From assembly GCA_045541455.1 (NCBI GenBank), contig JAZQJA010000032.1:2831-66830 (forward strand): a stretch of DNA of 64,000 nt, written 5' to 3'. This document shows positions 17,165-26,429 of the stretch, in pieces. The first letter of the stretch is position 1, and each line of letters begins with the position of its first letter. The notes beneath the pieces are model-generated. The model had not been told where the DNA came from, ran no database searches, and saw only the letters and a list, made by a program, of their open reading frames with translations. A program made the position numbers and the translations under genes. The stretch is from Eubacteriales bacterium. Lineage in GTDB: Bacteria > Bacillota > Clostridia > Oscillospirales > QAKW01.

Positions 17165-18508
17165 CTATATGTCACCTTCTATATAACATACCTGATTTGG
17201 TAAAAGAGTAAACGCAGTTAAATCTATATCCACTTTTTCTAAACTATGAGATTCATCTATAATATAACAGCTCATTCCTTTTTCATTAATACAAAGCTGT
17301 TTTGATACATCGCTGTAGTTTGAAATTAAAATACATTTCTTTTGGCCATTTACAGCGGCAAGGGTGTAAATGCCGTTTTCGTCGCAACTGCATTGAGTCT
17401 GTGTGCCTTTAAACATTTTGCCAAACGCTTTAAAAGTATAGTAAACAGGGGTTGCTTTACCGGTGTAGAAATTAAAAAATCCGCCGTATGCACCTGCTAA
17501 GATGCGAGCATCATAATAAAACAGCATATCGGTAGGGCTGTTTTGCATTTCACAAAGCATAGCACAAGCAGCAGCACCTGCACGTGCGGTGCCGTGGTCA
17601 GAAAGCGCGTGCGCATTGTTCCACTCGTTAAGATGTGTTTCAAGCCCTAAAAAACCGTAACTCTCTAAAGTTTTATTAATATAGTCTGCTTGCAAACGTG
17701 TGTGCTTTACATCTTCATAAGTATGCCATGAGAAAAAGTCGATAGGAGAGGAGTGCTCTGTTATGTAATCCATAAAACCAAGGAAAAAATTTAAACGGAA
17801 AGTATGTTTTTCATACCGCTCGCTTTTTGGCCATGGTGTCATATCCAAACCGTACTTTTCGGGATGATAAAAAATACCGCAAAGGCAAGAGGCAGCATAA
17901 CCACCTACCTTGATTTTATCGCCAAAGCATTTTTTTAAATGCTTTGCAGTTACATCGTAAAGTTTATAAAACTGTAACGGTGTGCCGGTCCACATCTGGT
18001 TTTCAATACCAACGCCGTTTTCAGGTTCGTTCCATATTTCCCAATATTCAATACCGTAATTAAAGCCGTCTGCCCAACCTTCGTTATAATGGCGGATTAT
18101 ATGTTCGCAAATTCGTGCCCATTTATCATAGTCTTTTGGCGGATGAATTCTGTACGCTTTAATTGGCGCTTGGTTTTCAATGGTAACACCAAGGCGAAAA
18201 ATGGGCTTTAATTCGTATTGCGCCATTGCCTTTAAAAGAACATCTGTAAATGCAAAATCATACGATTTAGGGTCGTTTTCATCAGCATCAAAGTCACGAA
18301 AGATGTTGGGAATATCCACAAACCTATACGAGCCAAACGCACCGCCTACATCATGAAGACGCGAAAAGGGAATGTTGGCATCTCTTAAATATGCCATAGG
18401 TGAGAAATCGAATTTTTTAAACCCACCGCGAAACGGCGGCTGCCCCACAGCGTGCATTGCTTTAACAGCGCCGAGTTTTTTAGAAAAATCCACTTTAATT
18501 TCTTTCAT
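17165..18508 (-). CDS. Clan GH-A glycoside hydrolase, GH39-like
   Basis: The YWEIWNEPEN acid/base motif is followed by FYKLYDVTAKHLKK..IKVGG. A candidate nucleophile lies in HLNEWN. Confidence 0.6.
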   Translation of the reverse strand: MKEIKVDFSKKLGAVKAMHAVGQPPFRGGFKKFDFSPMAYLRDANIPFSRLHDVGGAFGSYRFVDIPNIFRDFDADENDPKSYDFAFTDVLLKAMAQYELKPIFRLGVTIENQAPIKAYRIHPPKDYDKWARICEHIIRHYNEGWADGFNYGIEYWEIWNEPENGVGIENQMWTGTPLQFYKLYDVTAKHLKKCFGDKIKVGGYAASCLCGIFYHPEKYGLDMTPWPKSERYEKHTFRLNFFLGFMDYITEHSSPIDFFSWHTYEDVKHTRLQADYINKTLESYGFLGLETHLNEWNNAHALSDHGTARAGAAACAMLCEMQNSPTDMLFYYDARILAGAYGGFFNFYTGKATPVYYTFKAFGKMFKGTQTQCSCDENGIYTLAAVNGQKKCILISNYSDVSKQLCINEKGMSCYIIDESHSLEKVDIDLTAFTLLPNQVCYIEGDI

Positions 18509-18573
18509 AGTTCTACTCCTGCATTTTTTTAAAAATTGTACCCGCTTTTTAATTGCTTTGTCAATAAATTTGC

Positions 18574-18592
18574 TTTCGAAAACTTTTCGAAA
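18574..18592. promoter_or_regulatory. Perfect 9+1+9 palindrome upstream of the GH39-like/MFS operon (candidate operator)
   Basis: tttcgaaaacttttcgaaa, between the terminator at 18595-18627 and the GH start at 18508. Confidence 0.3.
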
Positions 18593-18594
18593 TT

Positions 18595-18627
18595 AAAAAA
18601 GCAGTAAACTAAGTTTACTGCTTTTTT
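18595..18627. terminator. Bidirectional rho-independent terminator
   Basis: gcagtaaac, loop taa, gtttactgc, flanked by A6 and T6. Lies just downstream of the stop at 18639. Confidence 0.7.
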
Positions 18628-18638
18628 AATTAAAATTG

Positions 18639-19868
18639 TTATGTGTTAAATGTAAATTCGTTTCGCAGGCTTCTGTCAAACAAGTGCTTTAATACTGCAG
18701 ATGCTTTTGCATTTTTGTATAGTATTTGATATACCGCCTCGCAGATGGGAAGTTCCACGCCGTATGCTTTGCCGAGTTTTCTTAATGCTTTTACTGTGTA
18801 ATATCCTTCTGCCAGTTTATCAAACGGTTTTCCCAAAACAATGTTTTTGCCGAAGTTAAGGTTATGAGAGTGCTTTGAAAAAAGGGTGGCTTCGTAATCG
18901 CCCAGATGGCACAATCCGTATACCGTAGCTGAATTTCCGCCCATTGCAACTATAAGCCGTGCAATTTCGTTTGTGCCCCTTGCCATCAGTGCGCCTTTTA
19001 AAGAACTTAAATCAAGCCCTTCCAGTATGCCTGCGGCAATTCCCATTACATTTTTGGCGGCGGCGCCGATTTCGTTGCCGATTAAATCAGTGCCGTAATA
19101 AAACCTGATAAGGTCGCTTGAAAAACTTTTAATTAAATTATCTTTAACCAGTTCGTTGTTGCCGTCTATTACCATACAGTTTGGTACACCGCGGTAAAAT
19201 TCCTGAACATGTCCGGGCCCCAGCCATACGGCGATTTCATTACTGTGCTTAAGTGTGTCCGATGCAATTTGTGACAATCTGCGCCCCGTTTCTATTTCAA
19301 GGCCTTTCATACACAAAATAATGGTTTTGTCTTTAATTTTAAGATTTTTCAGGTCGTTTACAACATTTTGTAATTGCTGTGCCGATACAGAAATAATAAT
19401 ATAATCACTTTTGTTAAGAGAATTATAGTCGGTTGACAGTTTAATGCTCTCTGGCAGTTTTAAATATTCATTTTCTCTGCTTTTAAGCAGTTTTTTCATA
19501 TTTGGCGAGCTATCTCTTCCGTACAACACAACTTTGTGCCCGATTTTATTGAGATACCACGCAATAAAACTACCCCATCGTCCACAGCCTATTACCGTTA
19601 TGTTTTTTGGAGTTCTTACTTCTTTTGGAAAAATTATTTCTTTTTGATATTTGATTCTTGTAATGTCGGCACCTAATATATCGTTAATTGTGATACCGTA
19701 AATTTCCGACAGTTTTAGCAATATTTCCACATCGGGAATGGTCACTCCCGTTTCCCATTTAGAAACAGCCTGTCTTGTGACATCAAGCCTGCTTGCAAGT
19801 TCGTCTTGTGTTATCTTGTAATATTTACGAAGAGTTTGTAAATACTTTCCGATAGCTATACTGTTCAT
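18639..19868 (-). CDS. Fusion protein: XRE-type HTH domain + NAD(P)-dependent glycerol-3-phosphate dehydrogenase (GpsA)-like domain
   Basis: Residues about 5-65 are ITQDELASRLDVTRQAVSKWETGVTIPDVEILLKLSEIYGITINDIL (HTH_3). The rest has ITVIGCGRWGSFIAWYL (GxGxxG), CMKGLE, GPGHVQE and AAKNVMGIAAGILEGL, typical of GpsA. Confidence 0.8.
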   Translation of the reverse strand: MNSIAIGKYLQTLRKYYKITQDELASRLDVTRQAVSKWETGVTIPDVEILLKLSEIYGITINDILGADITRIKYQKEIIFPKEVRTPKNITVIGCGRWGSFIAWYLNKIGHKVVLYGRDSSPNMKKLLKSRENEYLKLPESIKLSTDYNSLNKSDYIIISVSAQQLQNVVNDLKNLKIKDKTIILCMKGLEIETGRRLSQIASDTLKHSNEIAVWLGPGHVQEFYRGVPNCMVIDGNNELVKDNLIKSFSSDLIRFYYGTDLIGNEIGAAAKNVMGIAAGILEGLDLSSLKGALMARGTNEIARLIVAMGGNSATVYGLCHLGDYEATLFSKHSHNLNFGKNIVLGKPFDKLAEGYYTVKALRKLGKAYGVELPICEAVYQILYKNAKASAVLKHLFDRSLRNEFTFNT

Positions 19869-19974
19869 ATCGTCACCTCTTAATTATTATAAAGTAAGGT
19901 GCTGCCAAATAAAAGCAACTTAAATTTGCTTTTAAATTAAATGTGCAAAAGCAATCAAACAAAACAGGCCGTTT

Positions 19975-21336
19975 TTAACAAGACTTTATTTGTTTTTTGC
20001 GCTTGTTGTAAACTATATAGAATATTACAAGTAAGATTATAAAGGTAAGAGTCCAGGTTATAGGGTATGATACATACAGCATATCCGGCGTGTGAAATTT
20101 CGGGATACTGAAAACGGTGTAAATCCACAATATTCTAAAACCGCATACACCGAAAATGGTTGTAAACATTGTAGAAAGTGATGCGCCCATACCGCGCAGT
20201 GTGCCCGAGGTGACTTCCATAAGCCCGCCCAAAAAATATGGCAGACAGATGTAGGAAAACCTAATCATACCGCAGGCGATAGCTTCGGCAGAATCGGTTA
20301 TGTAAATTGACAAAAGCGACGGCCCGAAATAATATACTGTAGCACCGAGTATTGAGCCCGATACTGTAACACAGGCAAGACAAATAAGCATTGTGCGGTG
20401 CACACGCTTGTAATTACCCGCACCCGTATTTTGCCCTGCAAAGTTCATTGCCGTTTGGCAAAATGCGTTGTTTAATACATACACAAACCCTTCTATATTG
20501 CCTGCCGCAGACGCACCCGATACAAATGTAGCACCAAACGAGTTTACCGACGACTGAATTATAACATTTGATATTGAAAACATGGAACTTTGTATTCCTG
20601 AGGGAATACCAATCATCAGCATTTTCTTTAATGAACGAATATCTATTTTAATTTTAGAAAAATAAAATTTACACGCGTCGTCTCTTTTCATAAGTGCGCG
20701 CAACGCAAGTAAAGCCGACAGCATATTTGAAATTGATGTTGCAAGCGCAACACCTGCAACATTAAGGTGAAACGCAGTTACAAAAACAATGTTTAATACA
20801 ACATTTACAAAGCCTGCAAGAGTTAAAAATTTAAGCGGTGATTTTGTATCACCTGCCGCGCGCAAAATTGCCGCACAGAAGTTGTATAATACCATAAAAA
20901 CCGAACCTGCAAAGTAAATGTTTATGTAGGTTGCCGACAGATGTAAAATTTCAGCCGGTGTGTTTAAAAGTTTTAAAATGGGGGTGGCACAGCTTATACC
21001 GATAACGGTAATTATTATACCGCAGCCCAGTGCCACGGGAATTGCCGTGTGTATAGTGCGACTTACTTGTTTGTCATCATGCCCGCCTATTGCGTGCGCT
21101 ACCGTAACACCCGATCCTATAGAAATGCCCATAAAAAAGTTTACGATAAGGTGTATAAGCGAAGATGTAGCACCGACAGCCGCCACAGAATGACTGCCGC
21201 AAAATCTGCCCACTATAACAAGGTCTGCAGCATTAAATAAAAGTTGTAAAATTGTCGTCAAAACAATAGGTATAGTGTATAAAATAATGTTGGGCAAAAG
21301 CGGCCCTGTACACATATCCTTTTTAAGTTTTCCCAT
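19975..21336 (-). CDS. MATE family efflux transporter
   Basis: 453 aa with 12 TM. The N-terminus LPNIILYTIPIVLTTILQLLFNAADLVIVGRF is typical of MATE. Confidence 0.85.
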   Translation of the reverse strand: MGKLKKDMCTGPLLPNIILYTIPIVLTTILQLLFNAADLVIVGRFCGSHSVAAVGATSSLIHLIVNFFMGISIGSGVTVAHAIGGHDDKQVSRTIHTAIPVALGCGIIITVIGISCATPILKLLNTPAEILHLSATYINIYFAGSVFMVLYNFCAAILRAAGDTKSPLKFLTLAGFVNVVLNIVFVTAFHLNVAGVALATSISNMLSALLALRALMKRDDACKFYFSKIKIDIRSLKKMLMIGIPSGIQSSMFSISNVIIQSSVNSFGATFVSGASAAGNIEGFVYVLNNAFCQTAMNFAGQNTGAGNYKRVHRTMLICLACVTVSGSILGATVYYFGPSLLSIYITDSAEAIACGMIRFSYICLPYFLGGLMEVTSGTLRGMGASLSTMFTTIFGVCGFRILWIYTVFSIPKFHTPDMLYVSYPITWTLTFIILLVIFYIVYNKRKKQIKSC

Positions 21337-21374
21337 AGTTTATCACCTTCAAACTAAATTATAATACAATAAAA

Positions 21375-21402
21375 TAAAAAAACAAGTCAAAGACTTGTTT
21401 TT
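21375..21402 (-). terminator. Rho-independent terminator
   Basis: aacaagtc, loop aaa, gacttgtt, with a T-run on the minus strand. Overlaps the stop of the 21401..21823 gene. Confidence 0.6.
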
Positions 21403-21823
21403 AAAATAATATTTTAACTTTAAATTCGTTGCCGCATTTGGCACAGCGAACGGTGTGCGTACCTTTTTTTATAGGTAGGCGCATTACCGCTTTACAACGC
21501 TTGCAAGTACGGTATCTCTTTGAACGAATGTCACGAATACGCACATAATTTGTTGTAAAAAATGCCTTAAACGGACGTATTATTTTTAAAAATACAGCGT
21601 TTTCCCGTTGACGCTTATAGTGATTTTTTGACATCAGTCTGAATAATAGCCAAACTAATGTAAGGGACATTAAAAGGGCAATTATTTCCGATTCTACTAT
21701 TATATTTATTACAAATAGTACAAAATATAATATTAATAACCCATAGTAAAGGGAATCGGGCCCATATCTGCCTTGCATAAAACGGGCGAATTTATATTTT
21801 AACGGTTCTTTCAAATTAAACAT
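21401..21823 (-). CDS. Membrane protein with a C-terminal zinc-ribbon
   Basis: Two hydrophobic helices followed by CKRC..17 aa..CAKC (RTCKRCKAVMRLPIKKGTHTVRCAKCGNEF). Confidence 0.6.
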   Translation of the reverse strand: MFNLKEPLKYKFARFMQGRYGPDSLYYGLLILYFVLFVINIIVESEIIALLMSLTLVWLLFRLMSKNHYKRQRENAVFLKIIRPFKAFFTTNYVRIRDIRSKRYRTCKRCKAVMRLPIKKGTHTVRCAKCGNEFKVKILF

Positions 21824-21829
21824 TCCTTT

Positions 21830-22426
21830 CTATCTGCAACAAAAACAGCAAAGTCTGGCAAGAATATATGCAGCAAACAGTTTTCCCCAACTTGTTGCCA
21901 TTGGTGAAAAAATTGTACGGCGCTGATAAAACTCGGTCTGTCCGGTTTTGAGTTTTTCAAGCAGTGAACGATAGGTATAGTTAGAAGGCTCCATGTTAAC
22001 AGCCTGCTGTGCGTGGCTTATGGCAGTTATACCGTTGCCCGACTGTGAATGCGCAATAGCACTAAGGTAATACCATCGTGCAGTTCTGGGTGTGACATTT
22101 TGCAGTATATACAGCGCTTGCTCATACATACCTTGGCGCAAATATGCATCGGCAGAGTCGAGCGGGGACAACCCGCTTTGGCGGTGGTAACCGCCGCTGT
22201 ATGAACTTTGTCCGTAACTTGAATATCCACCGGTGTTATATCCACCTGCTTCACCCTTTTTAATGCGATCGTATGCATCGTTTATCTCCATCATTTTTTG
22301 CGCCGCAGTCTCGTCGTTTGGGTTTAGGTCGGGGTGATACTTTTTAGCAAGTTTTCTGTATGCTTTTGTAATTTCGTCTTCGCTCGCGTTAGGTGACACG
22401 CCGAGCACTTTATACGGGTCAGTCAT
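21830..22426 (-). CDS. J-domain protein with a G/Y/S-rich linker, TPR-like region and a C-terminal CCFCC tail
   Basis: DPYKVLGV...KKYHPDLNP (HPD motif). The C-terminus is [19 protein letters not shown]. Confidence 0.8.
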   Translation of the reverse strand: MTDPYKVLGVSPNASEDEITKAYRKLAKKYHPDLNPNDETAAQKMMEINDAYDRIKKGEAGGYNTGGYSSYGQSSYSGGYHRQSGLSPLDSADAYLRQGMYEQALYILQNVTPRTARWYYLSAIAHSQSGNGITAISHAQQAVNMEPSNYTYRSLLEKLKTGQTEFYQRRTIFSPMATSWGKLFAAYILARLCCFCCR

Positions 22427-23201
22427 TTTTATATCCTTTTAATCTTAGTTTAATCCATACACCGCTGTACAGTACATTTTCAATAATATCACAATTTTTT
22501 GTTATGTTAAGGCTGTCATACGCTTTTACACAATCGCCCATAACTGTTTCAAGCATAGGTAAAAATTCGCTTTTGGTCATACTTACAAGTGGGTTGTACC
22601 TGCAATTTTTAAGATCGCCTTTAAAATCACATACCGCATCGTACAGATATATAAATCTGCCAAGATGATATCCAAACTCATAGCATTTTTCAGTAAATAC
22701 AAGCCCCAGTAAATGCCCAAAAATATTAGCAGGAATATCGGGGTTGTTTTCGTTTCTGTTTTCGGCATCAAAAAGTTTTGCAAGACACTTTTCAATGTCA
22801 GAGCATAACTTAGGCTGTCGTGACTTTGCTTTTTCAAACTTGTTTTTAAACAGTTTTGTAAAAAGCACGGCTTTTAATGAACCGCCATCGGCAATATCGT
22901 CCTTTGCGTTTAAGTATGTAAGCAAAATTGTAACATCGGCGGCATAGTCTGCCAAAGTTGAAACGTTACAATTTCGCTTTTTGAAAAAGTGATATGGGCA
23001 ACGGCAGATACCGTTACAATCATTTTTGTTTAACGAGTCAAGTACGGTAAGCAAAAACGCGGTATCAAAACTTAGCACAAACCGTGCCAACGCACCGTAA
23101 TTTTTTTGGAGTGCGTGGCACAGTCCGCAATAGTACTGTTTATATCGTCGCTGTGCTTTTTTTGAAAGCGACTGTATGTCGGCGGTGATAACGCCGAACA
23201 T
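22419..23201 (-). CDS. Cys-rich uncharacterised protein (resembles the DUF5685 family from memory)
   Basis: 260 aa with YYCGLCHAL and [11 protein letters not shown] cysteine clusters. Overlaps the upstream ABC gene by 1 nt and the downstream J-domain gene by 8 nt. Confidence 0.5.
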   Translation of the reverse strand: MFGVITADIQSLSKKAQRRYKQYYCGLCHALQKNYGALARFVLSFDTAFLLTVLDSLNKNDCNGICRCPYHFFKKRNCNVSTLADYAADVTILLTYLNAKDDIADGGSLKAVLFTKLFKNKFEKAKSRQPKLCSDIEKCLAKLFDAENRNENNPDIPANIFGHLLGLVFTEKCYEFGYHLGRFIYLYDAVCDFKGDLKNCRYNPLVSMTKSEFLPMLETVMGDCVKAYDSLNITKNCDIIENVLYSGVWIKLRLKGYKND

Positions 23202-25798
23202 TATTCGGTGCGCAAGGCTTCAACGGGGTCTCTTTTAGCAGCAAACCGCGATGGAATAAGCCCTGCAATAAAGGTAAGAGCAACACTTATAATAACAAGT
23301 ATAACGGCAGCGCCTGTGGGCAGTACCGCCGACAGCGTTTCAATGCCTGTAAGTGAGTGAAGTATTGCATTAATGGGTATTAACAACAGCAGTGTAACGC
23401 CGATACCTATAGCGCCGGCAGTAAAGCCGACAATGGTTGTTTCTGCATTGAATACCCGTGAAATATCGCGCTTTGAAGCGCCGATTGAACGCAAAATACC
23501 AATCTCTTTGGTACGTTCAAGCACCGAAATATAAGTTATGATTCCAATCATTATTGACGATACTATAAGTGATATTGCAACAAACGCAATAAGTACATAG
23601 GATATTGCATTTACAATGGTAGTAACCGAACTCATAAGCATTGCAACAGTATCGGTGTAGGTGATTTTATCCTCTTCTTTTGCATTGTCGTTGTAATTTG
23701 AAATAAGGTCGGTAACTTTGTCTTTTGCATCAAAGTCTTTGGGGTAAATGTTGATTGCCGACGGCTTGTCGGTGTCAACATAGCCAAGTAACGCAAGGTT
23801 TGACTCAAGCGTTGCCTGTGTCTGCATAAAAGCATTTCCGTACTGGATAAGCATAGCGTCGGGCATTGAGAGATACTGCTGCATTTCGGGGTCGTTTGCA
23901 AGATACGCACGGATTTCGTCAGCAGTGTATTCTTTTTGCTCAAACGAAAGGCCTGAAAACATATCGGTGCTGTCATTTTCAAGTTGCGCTTTAACAACAT
24001 CGCTTGCGTTGACCTTATCAATAAGTTTTGTCATAAGTGCGGTGGTGTAGCCAATGCTTCCTGCTGTAGAAGATGCCATGTCTTCGTCGTTTGCACGTAC
24101 GATACCTACAACCGAAAGTTCTGTTGCATCTTCAAGTTTTGTAGTTACAGCAGTGTCAGACAATTCTGTTATAAGTTTTGTCTGCTCGTTATAAGAATAA
24201 TAGTCGGCGTCGGTCAGCACTTTAAACTTAACATTGCAAAGCTCATCAAAACTGTAGTTTGGCGATTCAATTTTACCGTCGTACTCTTTACCTTCTGCCA
24301 TCGCTTTTTGCGACTGTTCAAGATAGTCTTTTACTAAATCAATATCGCGTATGCCAAGTGAATACAGCGTGTAGTCTGAAACTTGATTATTGTCGTCAAC
24401 AATAAGGACAACTTCGTCACTGTTTTGGGGCAGTCTGCCATAAATAACATCGTAAGTTTCGGTAATATAATCACTGTTGCCGACAAGTTCTGTCCATACA
24501 GTCGACATCGAAGCCATTGGTGACATTGATGCGGTGTTGCCCATATCAAGTCCTAACACTTCGTACATCTCAAATATGTTTGAAATGCCTTTTCTGTATC
24601 CGTCATCTTTAGCATCGTAATAGGTGTTGAGTTTGGTAAGATAGGTGTACTTAATATCGTTGGTACACTCTTTCATTTCCTTGCTGTCATCTAAAAACGC
24701 CTTAAAATCGGTCATATTATTGGTGGTAATGCCAGCCGTCATCGATTCAATCATCTGTACCATAACATCGTTTGAATAAATGGTGTTTTCATCAGTTTTT
24801 TCAGTTTCACTCATATTAGAACTCATAAACGATGTTATAAGTGCGTTTGTATCCATTGTCGTTTCGTTAACGGTAATGGGGTAACTTGCCATTGTGCTTT
24901 CTTCAATGCTTGTAATGTACGCAGATACACCTGTAGATACCGACATAATTAGCGCAATTCCGATAATACCGATAGAGCCTGCAAAAGATGTCATAAGAGT
25001 TCTAGCCTTTTTGGTAAGCAGGTTGTTTAGTGACAGCGACAACGCAGTAAAAAACGACATTGACGGTTTTTTCTTTTTACCCTTCTTTTCGGCAGGAGGC
25101 TGAGCGTTTGCCATTTCGTCGGTGTAGGGCATAGTGTCGCTTGTGACAGTACCGTCAAGCAACCGTATAATTCTTGTCGAGTACTGCTCGGCAAGTTCGG
25201 GGTTGTGCGTTACCATTATAACAAGGCGGTCTTTTGCCACCTCTTTTAACAACTTCATAATCTGTACCGACGTTTCAGAATCAAGCGCGCCGGTCGGCTC
25301 GTCGGCAAGCAAAATTTCAGGGTCGTTAATAAGCGCACGCGCAATAGCAACCCTTTGCATTTGTCCGCCTGACATCTGGTTTGGTTTTTTACGCAACTGG
25401 TCGCCAAGCCCTACCTTATTTAAAACCTCTTTGGCACGGCGTCTGCGTTCGGCCTTTGACACGCCTGACAGTGTAAGTGCAAGTTCGACATTTGCAAGTA
25501 CCGTCTGGTGCGGGATAAGATTATAACTTTGAAATACAAAGCCTACCGAACGGTTGCGGTAAGAGTCCCAATCTCTGTCTTTAAACTGTTTTGTCGACTT
25601 TCCGCGTATAATAAGGTCACCCTCGGTATAGCGGTCAAGCCCGCCTATAATGTTAAGCAGGGTTGTTTTACCGCAGCCCGATTGCCCCAGTATCGACACA
25701 AACTCATTCTTTCTAAACCTAAGTGACACCCCGCGAAGTGCTTCAACGCTTTCACCGCCGGTTTTGTAAACCTTTGTAATGTTTTTTAAATTAAGCAA
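23201..25798 (-). CDS. Fused ABC transporter ATP-binding protein/permease (MacB/FtsX type)
   Basis: Walker A GQSGCGKTT, signature MSGGQMQR, Walker B LLADEPT. This is followed by a large extracytoplasmic domain and a C-terminal FtsX-like 3-TM bundle. TTG start. Confidence 0.85.
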   Translation of the reverse strand: MLNLKNITKVYKTGGESVEALRGVSLRFRKNEFVSILGQSGCGKTTLLNIIGGLDRYTEGDLIIRGKSTKQFKDRDWDSYRNRSVGFVFQSYNLIPHQTVLANVELALTLSGVSKAERRRRAKEVLNKVGLGDQLRKKPNQMSGGQMQRVAIARALINDPEILLADEPTGALDSETSVQIMKLLKEVAKDRLVIMVTHNPELAEQYSTRIIRLLDGTVTSDTMPYTDEMANAQPPAEKKGKKKKPSMSFFTALSLSLNNLLTKKARTLMTSFAGSIGIIGIALIMSVSTGVSAYITSIEESTMASYPITVNETTMDTNALITSFMSSNMSETEKTDENTIYSNDVMVQMIESMTAGITTNNMTDFKAFLDDSKEMKECTNDIKYTYLTKLNTYYDAKDDGYRKGISNIFEMYEVLGLDMGNTASMSPMASMSTVWTELVGNSDYITETYDVIYGRLPQNSDEVVLIVDDNNQVSDYTLYSLGIRDIDLVKDYLEQSQKAMAEGKEYDGKIESPNYSFDELCNVKFKVLTDADYYSYNEQTKLITELSDTAVTTKLEDATELSVVGIVRANDEDMASSTAGSIGYTTALMTKLIDKVNASDVVKAQLENDSTDMFSGLSFEQKEYTADEIRAYLANDPEMQQYLSMPDAMLIQYGNAFMQTQATLESNLALLGYVDTDKPSAINIYPKDFDAKDKVTDLISNYNDNAKEEDKITYTDTVAMLMSSVTTIVNAISYVLIAFVAISLIVSSIMIGIITYISVLERTKEIGILRSIGASKRDISRVFNAETTIVGFTAGAIGIGVTLLLLIPINAILHSLTGIETLSAVLPTGAAVILVIISVALTFIAGLIPSRFAAKRDPVEALRTE

Positions 25799-25922
25799 TT
25801 CCTATTTACCTTCTTTAAGTTAATTTTTAAGTAATTGTATCATATATTATAAAACTAAAAAAGTAAAGTACTGTCGTTTATTTTTACCGAATATTAACAA
25901 TTTATAAAAATTTCTTAATATA

Positions 25923-25965
25923 TTGACTTTCTGGTGTATAATGCTATAATTAATTAACGTGTTAA
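25923..25965 (+). promoter_or_regulatory. Putative promoter plus short inverted repeat upstream of the marR-ABC operon
   Basis: TTGACT (25923-25928), 16 nt, TATAAT (25945-25950). It is followed by ttaac-gt-gttaa (25954-25965), a plausible MarR autoregulatory site. Confidence 0.35.
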
Positions 25966-25985
25966 CTAATTTTTGAGGTGAACAA

Positions 25986-26429
25986 ATGAACAGCTATAAA
26001 GAAACGGTGGGGTATATGATGCGCATATTGCGTATGCACCGCTGCCGTATTGAGCAGTTTGTGACAGAACTCAATGTGCATCATTCACAGCACAGGGTTT
26101 TACTGTATCTTAAAAACCACACCGCACAGTCGCAAAAGGAACTGGCGCAGGCGTTTCACATAAGCCCTGCAGCTATGGCTGTAACTTTAAAAAAACTTGA
26201 AAACGGCGGGTTTATACACCGTAATGTTCAAAAGGCCGATCTCAGACAAAATAACATTCAAATCACCAAAAAAGGTGTTGACGTTATAAAACTGAGCGGC
26301 GAGTTTTTTGAAAGTCTTGACAGCAAGATGTTTGAAGGTATTACAGATGACGAACTTTCTACTTTTAAACTGTGCCTTGAAAAGATGGAAAAAAACCTAA
26401 AAGGAGAAAACAATGAAAAGATGGATTAA
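25986..26429 (+). CDS. MarR family transcriptional regulator
   Basis: 147 aa with a winged-helix segment SQKELAQAFHISPAAMAVTLKKLENGGFIHR. Overlaps the next gene by 17 nt. Confidence 0.8.
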   Translation: MNSYKETVGYMMRILRMHRCRIEQFVTELNVHHSQHRVLLYLKNHTAQSQKELAQAFHISPAAMAVTLKKLENGGFIHRNVQKADLRQNNIQITKKGVDVIKLSGEFFESLDSKMFEGITDDELSTFKLCLEKMEKNLKGENNEKMD

